From Tubulanus polymorphus (taxonomy: Eukaryota > Animalia > Nemertea): 64,000 nucleotides of DNA. The DNA lies in assembly GCF_964204645.1 (NCBI RefSeq), contig NC_134025.1, forward strand, positions 21,928,299 to 21,992,298, written 5' to 3'. Shown here piece by piece: positions 26,601-38,984 of this stretch. Position 1 is the first letter of the stretch. Every line of letters starts with the position of its first letter. A model generated the notes under the pieces. It did no database searches. It saw only the letters and a program-made list of their open reading frames with translations, and was not told where the DNA came from. The position numbers were made by a program, and so were the translations under genes.

Positions 26601-27050
26601 CCCGTGATAATCCATTCGTTATACAGGACAGGAATATGGCTAGATATCGCTAAAGTTCACGTACAGGATTGGTACACGTAAAACGTTATAGTGCCAGTGA
26701 CCCAATTGATGCGCGATTCATTTAAACCTCCATCATCGTGTTGATCTCTCGGTGAACTCTAAACGATTAGAATCAATGGCTACCCGAACTCTAAATTCTA
26801 TAACTGAACTTGTTCTCGTAAACCACACATTTTACAGCAGTATTAATCAAAATAATACGTAGAATAAGATGCATTCCATAATTTACTCACCTCCTCCGTT
26901 TCTCATACATAGGTACGGAAATCGCCATATGTTTCCAAGTCCAACTGCGTATCCAATACATGATAGCATAAATTCGATGTCTCTTCCCCAGTAACCCCGC
27001 TCGGTCGGCTTGACAACATCCTCGGCGGGTTCGCTTTTACCTTTCGACAT
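20641..27050 (-). CDS. SLC6 sodium/chloride-dependent amino-acid neurotransmitter transporter (glycine/proline-transporter-like); complete, 13 exons, 612 aa
   Basis: Exons 27050-26891, 24692-24561, 24163-23857, 23394-23262, 23178-23044, 22949-22846, 22738-22614, 22520-22408, 22307-22176, 22007-21908, 21648-21548, 21009-20842 and 20769-20641 total 1839 nt in one open frame. Motifs: [44 protein letters not shown]; [13 protein letters not shown]; [20 protein letters not shown]; [13 protein letters not shown]; MGLDSQF; YGDYTYP. Confidence 0.95.
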
Positions 27051-28029
27051 TTTTTTCACAACCTATAATTCCGCGTTCGCGGTACAACCTCTGGAAACTG
27101 GATAAAAATAAGCGCGACAACCGGCATGAGCACTCCACGCCTGCTTTCTTTTGTATAGGAGGGATAGACTAGTGCGCGTTTCAAACATAATGTGAACTTG
27201 TTGAATCCACTTCGACCTCGCTTATTGTTTGACAGCTGTAGCCTATGTATTTGCTACGTTTGAAAATGACATCGATCATCGACGGCTTTATATTTGATAC
27301 GTGTACATTCATGTACATTAATAAAGGGTTGAAATCATTCAATAGATTTTATAATATTTGTAGTACAAGACAATATCTCAAACAGCAAAAAATATACCAG
27401 TCTTATGATAGATCCCTAATTACAGCGATAATAGTAATGATGCGATTGTTATGTTATGATATGTTGAGATACAAAAATAGATTTAAAGTGTCCTGGGAAC
27501 ATTATCATTATTTCATTATTTTTTACTTTTTTCTCCGAGGTATACTTAGGACATTATCCTTGATTTTTTCATTGCTTTAGATGTTATCTTTTTGGATTTT
27601 ACTTTGTGTGCGAGTAACTGAAGGTAGATAATTGATTAGTTTGTTTATGGTTTAGATTCAACTCCGTGTTTGAAAGGAGAAAAGAATTCTTTGTTAATTT
27701 CGAATATTTGTTCAATATTTTTCAACATGACTAAAAAAAACGGTGGATATTTCTCTAAAAAAAGTTTCCATCTTTTGAGGACTGACGGTTAAAAGATTAA
27801 GCAAAATTATCTTATTAGTTCGCTCGTCGAATATTAAAAAGAAAAATCAATAGGACAATTTCGTATTGAGCACTATAATATGAAATCATTTTATTAGTTA
27901 CTCTCTCGGAGTAAAATGTAAAAAATAAAGAAGAATAGGATGATTTCGTATTAAGCACTATTATATAATGAGAATGAATACATATTGTTTTAAACTAATT
28001 CAAAAATTTGTCATAGTAGACCTACACCA

Positions 28030-28430
28030 TTTTTTGACGCTGTAAAAACCGTTACAATAACGTTTATATACATTGATACCTATACTTTATTTAAGGGGTT
28101 CTGTGCGAGTCGACGTGCACAACGTCATCAATATTAGCGTTTCAAAATAACCATTGCAATTATGAATCCTGGCTTTTATTTTTGTAATCAAATATATTTC
28201 ATGACTCTTATTTCATTTTTTATAAATTTCAATTATTTTTGAGAGGCACACGTCATCATTATACCGGGGCTAGACTGGTTGCCGGCCAATTCAATTCAAT
28301 TATCGATATATTCCAATTTAATTGATCCATAACATGAGATATAATTTGTATTATATGTTCTGTTGTCGACAATATTGAGCACTATGTGCTATTTTTAGGG
28401 CTGTCGATAAACTTTCAAGTTAGTTTTCTG
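28030..28430 (+). repeat. Dispersed ~400-bp repeat family, copy B
   Basis: Colinear with 19711-20070. Confidence 0.8.
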
Positions 28431-28489
28431 ATATGGTATCATTCGAAACGTCCATTAACGGGGGGAGTTGCTTACAGTTCATATAATAT

Positions 28490-28872
28490 GTCAATTCGTC
28501 AATGCAGCTTGACGAATTGACGAAAAAAATTGACGAAATTGACAAAATTTGTTTAAACGTTGTGACGAAATAAAATCACCCGCAAGCATTTTGATATCGT
28601 TGTGAATGACTGACGAACGGATTTGAAGTCAACGGACGCCTTTATATGTTTTGATTCTATCGAATTTGCCGTAACCTTTGTTATTGGTAGTCATTTCACC
28701 ATCGGGCCCGTGCCCGGTCACTGATTATTTAAATCACACATCTTATATCGTTATAGGCCCCCAGGACCCTGTAGTGCCTTAAAAAAACCCAAAATACGAT
28801 TTCTTCAATTTCGTCAATTCGTCAAACTAACTTCTCCTTAGAAATTGTCGAATTTCGTCACTCGTCAATTGA
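28490..28872. mobile_element. MITE with TTGACGAA subterminal repeat arrays
   Basis: The left cluster of TTGACGAA(A)TTGACGAA repeats is inverted relative to the right cluster TTCGTCAATTCGTCAA. Confidence 0.6.
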
Positions 28873-31800
28873 ACTTGAACCTTGATTTAACTCCCTTCCC
28901 ATACGCGAGTGGTTGGCGAGTGTTCAGAATGGCTTCGATCTTTGAAAATGGTATCTTATCGAAGTTATATAATTATAGTTTATATAAAGGCTATATATAT
29001 ATATATATATATATAGCCTTTTAAAACGAATATATGTATAGATAAGGTTTTGGGAGACGGTCGTAGACTTCGAATACGTATCACATGATAACAGCAAAAA
29101 ATAATAAAAACTGTAACCTAGTTAAAGGACGTTTGGAAGATGTCGTTGAGATGTAGGATTGTAGAGCAAAATAGAAATGTAATCTAGTGAATTAGTTATC
29201 ATTATATCATCGTTATATTATACCATTTGTATATGGCGTTAGATTACAAGGCTATTCTTATAATTTTTTTGCAAAAGAACAAAGATTGCCTCGTATTAAA
29301 CATGTGCACGTCTTGTAATTGACGTTACTAAACCTAAGCCTTGACTGTGCAACAGGCCCCATGGGCGATTAAAAAATCATTATCAATTCAACACGCTTAT
29401 TCTTTAAGCGCAGTCGAGTAAAGCCTATTGCGCTAGCACGTAACTGTTTTGTGTGTACACTTGTGGAAATAATTGTGATTCGGTTTTATATTTTGCTATA
29501 TAAGCTTTATCATTTTCCCAATTGTTGCGAATCGACCAAAGTTGAAGCCTGGATCGACCTGGTCGTCTTGCTGCGTCTCACCGACTTGCTACTGCGTTTT
29601 CTCTCAGGCCCGTAGCCTGGTTGGAGAATCAATGTGCATTTCGATGGAACTCATAGCCCCATGCCCCAAATAATTTTGAATAAAAGCATTAAATATCGGT
29701 ATTGTATTTCCTGGTTTTTGTCAGTTGAATTAGGGAACTAGACACATATTCTTCGTTTACGAGGAAATAAATTATAACATTCTAGGCACTAACATTAATT
29801 AACATATTAATGTGGCAACATTCTGTCTACTAGCCACATACACCGTCTCCGGAATAGACTTGTTTTTTATTCATCAACTCGCTTAACTATCGCTACCCGA
29901 TACGGGCCTGGGCTCTCTGCGGTTAGATAACGGAAACAGGATTTTCTTACAATTTTCTGAATAGAACGTGGATATTAAGAATTTCAATCACCAATAAATA
30001 CCTTTACGTACCTTGTTTTAGTCACCGAGTTGCGCTGTTGTATTATTCCACGCAGACTGGTTACGTACGTACGAATTGTTTCCTGATGTGATAAATACAT
30101 AGTAATGATAATAATGATAATGATAAAGATGAACAAGCTATAAGAAAACAAAAAAATGTAAAATTTTCAACATCAATCTTCTTTTTACTTATTTTGTAGA
30201 CTTGCCTTTCAACGGATAAACTCCAGAACGAAGTTTTCCACATTTGCGAAAACGCTGGCTAGCGACACCGCACATTCAGTTACGAACATGCGTATATTAT
30301 GGTGTACGCTAGGTCATGACAATATTTATCTTGTGAAAACGACTATGTTGACAAACTGGAAATAAGAGGGTTTGCCAAAAAGATAAATTACCCGTTATCA
30401 AAGAAATCTTGTCCTTGGGCCTTTCGCGTCACAATCCTCAACTGTATAAACCGTGAGTTAGACCGTGAGTTCATGAATCTAATCGGGATGATTGAATTGA
30501 ATTGAATTGTAGAATTGACCCGAAAAGCGAGTAAGTCATGGCAACTAGTAATAGATAATCATTCGGCTTTGTAAAGCTGATCGATGCAAGTTTATTGCAC
30601 GCTATGGCATAGTGCATAATGATATCAACAAATATAATTCTTTTATTCTTGGCCGCCCCTTGTTTCTATGGAAACCGGGATGACGCTTGGATGCGGCTCG
30701 CAGACGGTGCACGTTAGATGGAACATGGGCCGTGTTGGGGAGGATGAAACGGTCGCACAACGATGTCCGACTTGAAAGCTCGAGGGAAAAAAAGATTATT
30801 TAAACAGCATTTATCAATTGCTTACGACCGACTCATGGGCCTTGGTCGTCGATATTTCTATCGTTTTATTTTTCCAGTTTTGTTTCCAACACGATGAGGC
30901 TAAACGATGTTAATGCAGGTAGCTCCTCGTAAATAGAATATTGGATCGTGGTTGTATACGCCAAATATTCAGTGAAATTCCGTTGAAGAAATTAGCAAAT
31001 AAAACGACTTCATTCGTGACATGTTTCCATACAATTATGAGAAGTGCAACCCTTGACATCGATTTGAATCAATTATCTCAACATATTTGAATACATACTT
31101 GATGATTGTTTAGAGGACAGACCGTGGGAACTACTTAGTGTCGTTATTGGCAGCAGAAGTGTTACGTTCGTTTCTTGATACGCAAAAGCGTGAAAGAGAA
31201 AGTATTTCATAAAATGATGAAGTCCGGTTAAACAAGCCATCAGTAGTTCGTCAATCCGTGGCTCAAATCTTTAAAAGTAATTATATGCAAAAAACCAACT
31301 CTTTTCATCGGAAAAAATGAACGAGAAAATCTTTGCGACTTATTGTCTTTGCGAAGAATTTTCACCATCCTTAATGCGCAGGTGGAGGAGAAATAGATGA
31401 ATTTAGGTAGCCAGGACGCTGTCGTACGTTTGTCTTTCGTTCATTTATTCTTCGTGTAGCTTCCCCAAATCTGCTCTTTTCGATTTAGTCAAAATATCTT
31501 TAATGTCACTCCCGCGGTCATTTTTCAGGAATACGACGTGAACCGATGAATGGCGCTACAACATTAATCCTAACACCCACTTTTTTTCAAAGAAAACTTA
31601 GTTTTTCGGTTGTCAGAACAGAAAGTGCCGACATTCTATATTTAGTCCGCCTCTTATTGACTTTCTTCTGAATGAAGATAGCTGAAAAAAATGATTTGTG
31701 GTTGAAATGTGAATGGGCTGCTTTTTACCTGTGCAGGAATCGGCCGCGTGACTGTCCGTAGCGGCCGTATATCACCGAGGAGAGGAAATATTGGAATGGT

Positions 31801-32660
31801 GTGATGCTATTTTCACATTAACTTTCCTTACCCACGCGCTATTTATAGCTATAAGTGTTATGGATTTACATTAACCGGATCCGCGGCATGCAATTAATGT
31901 TATTTGGTGCATGAAACGAATTTGTAGATAACATGTCAAATCTTATGAAATCTTGTTCGGCTGCATTTAAAATCATTTTGCTCCGAACCATTATCAAAAT
32001 ACTGTTAAGCTGAGTACGGACAAAGCAGGCGAATTTCAATGACCTTCTTGTATGAATTTCTTGTAATCTGCGGTTTATCAAAAATCCACCGCCCTTAATT
32101 GATAAAATAGAATAGGCCGCGATGGTTTCCGCGAATTCATAGCGATGACCTTGGCGTCGATGTGCGAAAGATTTCTCAGAGGCTTCTTGATCTGAAGAGC
32201 TCAAAGCCATTGGGGGTTCATAAGGTCTAAACCTAGAAATCAAATTATGAACCTGCCGAAAACGAAAGAAATATTGCGCCCGAATTCTTCTTTGTACAGT
32301 ATGCAAAAAAACTGTGACCTATTAGGAGAGATTTGGGATGGGTTGGTTATTATCACGATAAACTGGTGAATATCTAACAACAGAAGTATCTTGGAATATC
32401 TCCATATTTGAAGCATCATTTGTCGTCGGATTACCTCGAGAGAGTAGACAAGCAACAAAATCCGACCACTCAGAGGATTGAAGCGTGATCCACGTGGGTC
32501 ATCATGGATTAACCTTATATAATGTCATACTCGCTTGCCAGTGTTCGATTGCCTACCGCCGACGCTCACGTCAAATAGTGCCCTGGCATGCAGGGATTAT
32601 GTTCCCGGCACGTCTTCGGAGTATTACTCGATGAATTTTGATACATGTATACTGTGTCAT

Positions 32661-33071
32661 AAACAAGAAAACTGACTTGATAGTTTATAAAAAAGAATTA
32701 CACATGGCTTAATATTGTCGAAAATAAATGATATAAAGTAAATTTTATATTACGGTATAAAGGATCAATATTTTGGGGTCATCGATAATTGAATTGAATT
32801 GACAGGCAACCAGTCTAGCCCCGATATATTGATGACGCAGTGCACATCCTTTCAAAAACGATAATTTAGATTTACCAAAAAGATTAAAGTAAGAGTTATG
32901 AAATATAACTAATTACAAATAAACGCCAAATTGCATAATAGTAATTGTTTTGAAACGCCAATATTTGATGACGTAGTGCACACATCGACTCAAACAGAAC
33001 CCCTTAAATAACGCACACTGGGTATCAATGTATATATACAAACATTATTGTAATGGTTTTTACTGCGTCAG
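32661..33071 (-). repeat. Dispersed ~400-bp repeat family, copy C (inverted)
   Basis: Reverse complement of copies A and B (GGCAACCAGTCTAGCCCC; ATTATTGTAATGGTTTTTACTGCGTCA). Confidence 0.8.
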
Positions 33072-33444
33072 AAGGTATCTTTTACTAGACTCCAATCATA
33101 GACCAGAAGCATACCTTCCATAGTGAGGACACAGTTTACTACTGCTATAAGAGGTTTATTATTATTTGTGTATAAATCATTGATGTATGACTATAAAAAT
33201 GGTCCGTATGAAAAGACGCGTAGACGCACTGTAGAAATACGCCAACAGTAGATTTACGATGGAAAAAACTGAAGAAAATTCACCGCTAATGTAACGCCAA
33301 ATTATCAAATGAGTTAGATTGTAGATATATTTTCATATTTCTATATCATTATCATTTCATATAGTAACATATCCACGATGCAAATCTGTACGAATTCAAA
33401 GAAAATGCAAAATACTAATTATCACTGCAGCTCCTTTGACATAA

Positions 33445-33830
33445 TTACAACCAGGAAACACAATTACATTCGGCGTACAATTCCACAGCCGCTTTTAATC
33501 GAATAAGCTCATGACAAAGCTTGTTAGAACGTCGTAAGCCTGTCTTTTTATCCGGAGGGATATCGCAGTGGTCGCCCTGAGCTGTGGTGATGCTAAACAT
33601 AGTCGCTGCATCGCAGGGCTTGAACCGGCTCGATTTCACGCGTTTCAAAATGTTATTAATTGTGTCATCGAAGGTAAGACTGAAGGCGTTAAAAACTGCG
33701 CAGATAATTTCAGCCTCAATAAACAATGCAGATGTATCCCTGACATTTACATCACTAACTACGTCAACGTAAACACGCAATATCCGAGGATAAAGACGAT
33801 GAAGTGCGTCGGTGATTGGTTTAGTTTCAT
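33445..33830 (-). pseudogene. Candidate secreted Cys-rich protein (~128 aa) interrupted by a 1-nt frameshift (pseudogene, null allele or assembly error)
   Basis: ATG at 33830 opens MKLNQSPTHFIVFILGYCVFTLT, which stops at TAG 33761-33759. Adding one G (ACG GTA) joins it to the long open frame VVSDVNVRD...ECNCVSWL* with 6 Cys. There is a strong acceptor (tttcttatcttacag) at 33926 and an AATAAA about 290 nt after the stop. I do not recognise the family. Confidence 0.45.
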
Positions 33831-35356
33831 ATTAGACTGATCCGTCTGATTACTCCAAGGTTTCATTGATACTATACATCTACCGTTTTGTTTGAGTATG
33901 ACTATGAAGCCACGGTTTCACCAAGCTGTAAGATAAGAAATGTTAAGTATATAAGAATATGTTAAAATATTGTTACTGCTCTTCAATTTTCACAGAGGCA
34001 AAATACGTATGTGAATGGTAAGTGGGATCAACTAGTCTTCCACAAAACCAGCCCAAGTACACGCAACCCATAATTATGTAACCAAATTTGAGGATCAATT
34101 ACTGCTTCAGAACAAAACATCGCGATACAAGGCCGGTTCGAAAGGCTACCACATGAGGTGACATTGTTTTAGTTGTAGTTGTTGGGGGTACGCCCGTCAT
34201 TGAAACCTACTGCGTTTCATCTTTATGGCCATCATAATAATAGACAATGGATATTGTCAACAGGCACATCATTGAGACATTGTCAGTAGTATCGTTAAAA
34301 GTAACAGGTGCGAGGGATATAACCGACACGCAAAATGAAATTTTCGGTTGAAATTTTAAGGAATTCTCAGGTGATGAAACGTTCAAATATCGCGAGAGGA
34401 TCATGGATCTATCATGTAGATCGCAGGAATTGCCTGAGAAATTGCACTAAAAACCGTTATGGTTCTAAATTCTATTGCTGTTCGGGTATTCACGCAATAA
34501 GCACGCTACAACTACTTCCTGTTGGGCTAAAAAAACCACTGGATGCAGTAATGGATTGGACGCAAACGAAGCCTTCGTGAATAGAAATTTGCGCGTAAAA
34601 CATTCGCGCATGACCGTATAGTAGTGGGAGGAAATCGTAGCAGTTAATTTCTATTTCAATGAAGTTGAATTCAGCGTTCTTAAATAAACGGAATGCTTCA
34701 CACACTCTCCGTCGGCAAAAGTGCGTTGGAAAGGGGATGGTGCCTCATCGGAACTTGAAGATTAGATTTGCACCTTTTTGTTAAGGGACGCAGAGAGCCG
34801 GGTGCAGGCGATCACGGTCCATGAATCCCGCATATCCTTGCCCTAAAGACTGATCAGAAACATCTAATCGCTTGATAACGGCCCTTGCGATGTTTCACCT
34901 GGGCTACCACTGGAAAATTTCGTACGCTGTATATTCGGCGATAAAAGCCCCGTTCATCGATCCAACTGCAATCCCAATCATTAATTTGAATAGACGTTCG
35001 AAAAAATACGTATCAGTAAGTTCAGTACGAAAGTTCCGAGCTGAATGTTTTTGAATCGTACGCTCCGTCATAAATCATCGGGCGTTATAGTGTTATGACG
35101 AGTTAACGGAATGGAATGAAAATACTCGTGTACCCTCACCCGCAGGCGAGTCGTACTTTCCTTTAATCGTCAAATTTCAAATAAACTCTCAATGAAAATC
35201 CTCTCTACGATAGTGGCAACACGTACGTTGCAAAAGATGATTAACACGATTCGGTATTTTCGGCACGCGGAGAATTCTCGTTAAACGAACTAGTCCTAAC
35301 AATTCGCGATTCGCTAAAATTTCACGTAATGTTATAGTTGTACGATGCGTCGGCGG

Positions 35357-35364
35357 TATAAAAA
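35357..35364 (+). promoter_or_regulatory. Candidate TATA box for GPA2
   Basis: GGCGG-TATAAAAA-CG lies about 230 nt upstream of the GPA2 ATG. Supported only by the motif and its position. Confidence 0.35.
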
Positions 35365-35592
35365 CGAACGATGACGCTGCCTTATACAACCCACTACTGA
35401 CAATCGTTCCGCACAGCGCCTGTCGCCGCCAATCACACTTTGATGATAGTTGCTTCTATAAATTGAAACGCTAAATAATTCGACCGATCATTATTTAACA
35501 TTCCAGGCGTCGGCCGTTACCAGATGGATACGAAGTTAGCGAAAGAAGGAAGTAAATCAAAGAACGCGTGTTATGTTTGTTAACAACGACAG

Positions 35593-38500
35593 ATGAATAG
35601 AATATTAGGCAGTATGAACTATAAACATGGCTGTTGGTGTAATTATGTAATATTGATAATAACTCTTGTTTTATGTGGAACTCAAGCTTATCAACACACC
35701 TGGGAAAAACCTGGATGCTACAGAATAGGTAGGTCAACAAAATGTTCATCGTAAAAGTCAGTTGTATTGTTTTGTTCGCAAAAAACTTTTAAGTCAGTTT
35801 AAAGTCAGTTTTTGCCATCGATTATATCGCATTCCCCGTTAGAGAAAATTGACTGTTAAGCTGCTATCTACTACTTTATTCAAATATGGAAGATTGAGGG
35901 CATTTTTCTTTTTTCAATAAATGAAAAAGAAACCGTAAGGCCATTCAAAAATGAAAACCGTGTTTTACGTCACCGCGCGCGTGTTGGAAAAATCATTGAC
36001 GAAAATCGGGTAGAAATGAAATAAGCGCTCCCACATTTAGTGTAATAACCTATGTTGGTTTTTATAAAGAATAAAATACCCCCGCCCGCATCAATCGATA
36101 GATCTTTGTTCTTTTTCCTTTTATCGTGCAAAAATGTCATGAAATGTGCTTTGTCGGCAATGAACGAAACGTTATTGATATGTGTGTTTTGATCGGGGTT
36201 CGATAATGTCAGGGTGCATTAGCTCGGTCATTTCGATAACGACAATCTAAAAGCAAAAAATCAGAAATCAGAACGCTATCAACGCTACCTTCGGCTATGA
36301 ATAAAAATGCGATCGTTACTGATATAGGTCTGGCGAATTTTACCCATCTCTCAACCTTATAGAAACTTTACCCACACTCGACGCTCGCCGCTCGCAATCT
36401 TTTCCCACTTGCGCGAGCCACACTTACTTCGTTTTGGATGATTTATCTATAAAATCAGTTTACGAATGAGAGGACAAATTATTTGATGTCGTTTCATGTA
36501 GGCGACGGACTACTTTCAGCACACTACTTTCCGTTATGTTTGGCTTCTTTAATTTCCAGAAACTTTTGCAGAGACGAGATGTCATAAAACGGCGGTATCG
36601 CGATCTTAAAATATCTAGAAAAAAAGATATTTTCCATTTTAGACCCCGGCACGTTCGAGAAACTGATTTGATTCAATTGTCTACGTATATGTGGAATCCT
36701 CGATTGCCACAGGTTGTGTTGCTGATTAGCAGGCGAATATAAGCGAGATAAAGCGGAATAGACGAGTTTAATAGACGAGTCTTAAACCAGTTTAAGCTCA
36801 CTTTGGTTATTTAGGAAATCTAATAACGTAAGACCTGGCAAATTAAAAAAGGGTAATCATGACAGGATAAGGTATGATATCTAACTCCGGTATAGAGGCT
36901 TTCTCGGTATAGACGTGACGACGGACCGAGGATGGATCGCATCAAAAATGAGTCCATCAGTGCTATAAACTTACATCTCTCTGCGGTGTAATAAGTCATG
37001 TTGCCGCTAGGAAACAAAATCCATCTAAAATACTTACATGGTCATTTTATAGGCCGATAATTGACACGCCGTCATAATAAAACCGGGGAACATAGGTTCA
37101 TATTTACCGGGTAATGGTTTTGTTATGTGGTAATACGGGCTCGCGCGATCTCCGCTGTGGGACAGCTTACTCGTTTATTTTCTGGTGTTTGCGAAGCACT
37201 AAATACTGCGAGCTAGCTGTCTGACACGGTGTTCTTCGCGGAATAAATGCGAATGAAAGCTACATGTCCTAAACAGTCGTACATAACCATCAACCATCTA
37301 AACGTGATGTGCCATTACGTGGAACTAGAACAAATCTGATTAAATTTTCTTCGAAGAATCTGATCGGATCTTCATTCAATCCCTCCATTTATACATATTG
37401 CATCTTAATTCGTCTCTGTGTTTAAAGCGAAAATAGGTTTATGACACACATCATATGATATAATACTCCAAACCAATAACATGAATGCACACGCGTTGAG
37501 ATTTGTTTTCCCGTTTGTTTTTTTCCAGGAGTGACGAGAAAGATTAGAATACCTGGGTGCTACGTATTTGACAGTGCGACGAACGCTTGTCGTGGATTCT
37601 GTTCGTCGTACAGTTTTCCTTCTACCTACGAAACGCTAGTCGTGTCCCCGAACCAGATCATTACCACAAGGGGCACCTGTTGTAACATGTTAGAAGCTGA
37701 GACGGTAAGTAATGCAAACACGGTGCAAAGTTTCCTTATTAGGATCCCTTTTCCCTTTTCCCTAATAGGGCAAAGACCAACGCACACGATTCATGGACAC
37801 ACGGAAACACGGAAACACAAAAAAGTGTTTGATTTGTTTTCACAATCAACAACTGACTAAATCTTGCAACTGAATCTTCCAAATACTCCGGGTGTTAAAA
37901 TTGGCTCGGGAAAACCGGATTGAATGAGCCTTACTTATTTCGTTACTTATGAAATATCCAATATATACACAATACGTCGCAATAAGATATGATAACCAGA
38001 AAATATAATTTTGAATTTTGAAAAGGTATTTTGGAAAAGTCTTCAAACTCATTAGGTCGTCAAACATGAATAACAAATCAATACGATCGGTTAGGTTCAA
38101 GTTTTGAATATTGAAATTGCTATTTGCAACGCAGATTATACCATTTTTGATAGTCAAAAAAGTGACGGCTCCGATGATGATGATGCAACGAACGAGTGAG
38201 ATTTTCTCCGAAATTTTTTTTTTATTCAATTCTCAAAGGAGGAAAACGCTTTTTCGCGAATACATAGAAATGACGTTTTAATCATAAACTCTAGTTAACA
38301 GTAATGACTATCCATCATCGCACGCAGATGAGTATATGCCAGTACAGGTAATATAGATAGTCATCTATTCCTCTCTAATCAAAGCGAAACCTCCTGGTGT
38401 ATGACTTATTGCATATTACACTTATATGGCAGTTATGGTGATCTAGGGTAGTCGCACATTCACAGAAATAATTCGTCAACACCAATTATATGGTTATCAT

Positions 38501-38984
38501 CGATGTTTCCCAACAGCTCATTGAGTGCATCTGTCTATTAACACCGAGAAAATCATGATACGTTTTCGCAAAAAGCATCGTCTAATGATGACCAACCCGG
38601 TATCATAGTTAGTCCAAAACTTAAGACATGAGAGCAAAACCCGTTATAAACACAGATTTGTAAATCAACGAAATGGCAGCTTGGCAATTTTCAACTTGAA
38701 AATAATAGTTTACCATGGTATATCGGCTTCTGTGTTCGAGAACTGCGAAATTCGGTACGCGTTCGAAACTTTCTGGGCTTCGATCGCGGTTCCTCTCAGT
38801 TGCATCGGTATAGGCATCGCGTCGCAGGTCGACATAAGTCAGCCTTTGAATATCCGTTCAACTGATTTCTTTTTCGTATTTCTTCTTGCAGATACAGTAT
38901 AACGTGCCGTGTTTAGGAGGAACTAGAACGATATACATGAAATCGGCAGTAAGATGTGAATGCTCATTTTGTAGTCGCCATTGA
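35593..38984 (+). CDS. GPA2: Glycoprotein hormone alpha-2 (thyrostimulin alpha), 3 exons, 134 aa (127 aa from the second ATG at 35614)
   Basis: Exon 35593-35728 encodes a signal peptide (...VILIITLVLCGTQA) then YQHTWEKPGCYRIG. Exon 37529-37704 encodes VTRKIRIPGCYVFDSATNACRGFCSSY...RGTCCNMLEAET. Exon 38892-38984 encodes IQYNVPCLGGTRTIYMKSAVRCECSFCSRH*. The mature chain has 10 Cys in cystine-knot spacing (CxGxC, CC, CxCxxC), and WxKPGC is typical of invertebrate GPA2. Exons 1 and 3 are absent from the ORF track. Confidence 0.93.

Noticed and set aside
30669-30683. TGG AAA CCG GGA TGA (WKPG*) resembling the GPA2 WxKPGC motif or a selenocysteine variant
   Set aside because: No further similarity and no suitable donor. 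The real GPA2 exon 1 is at 35593-35728.
33568-33840. + strand Cys-rich 90-aa ORF
   Set aside because: No ATG start, leader or splice support. It is best explained as the antisense shadow of the - strand candidate.
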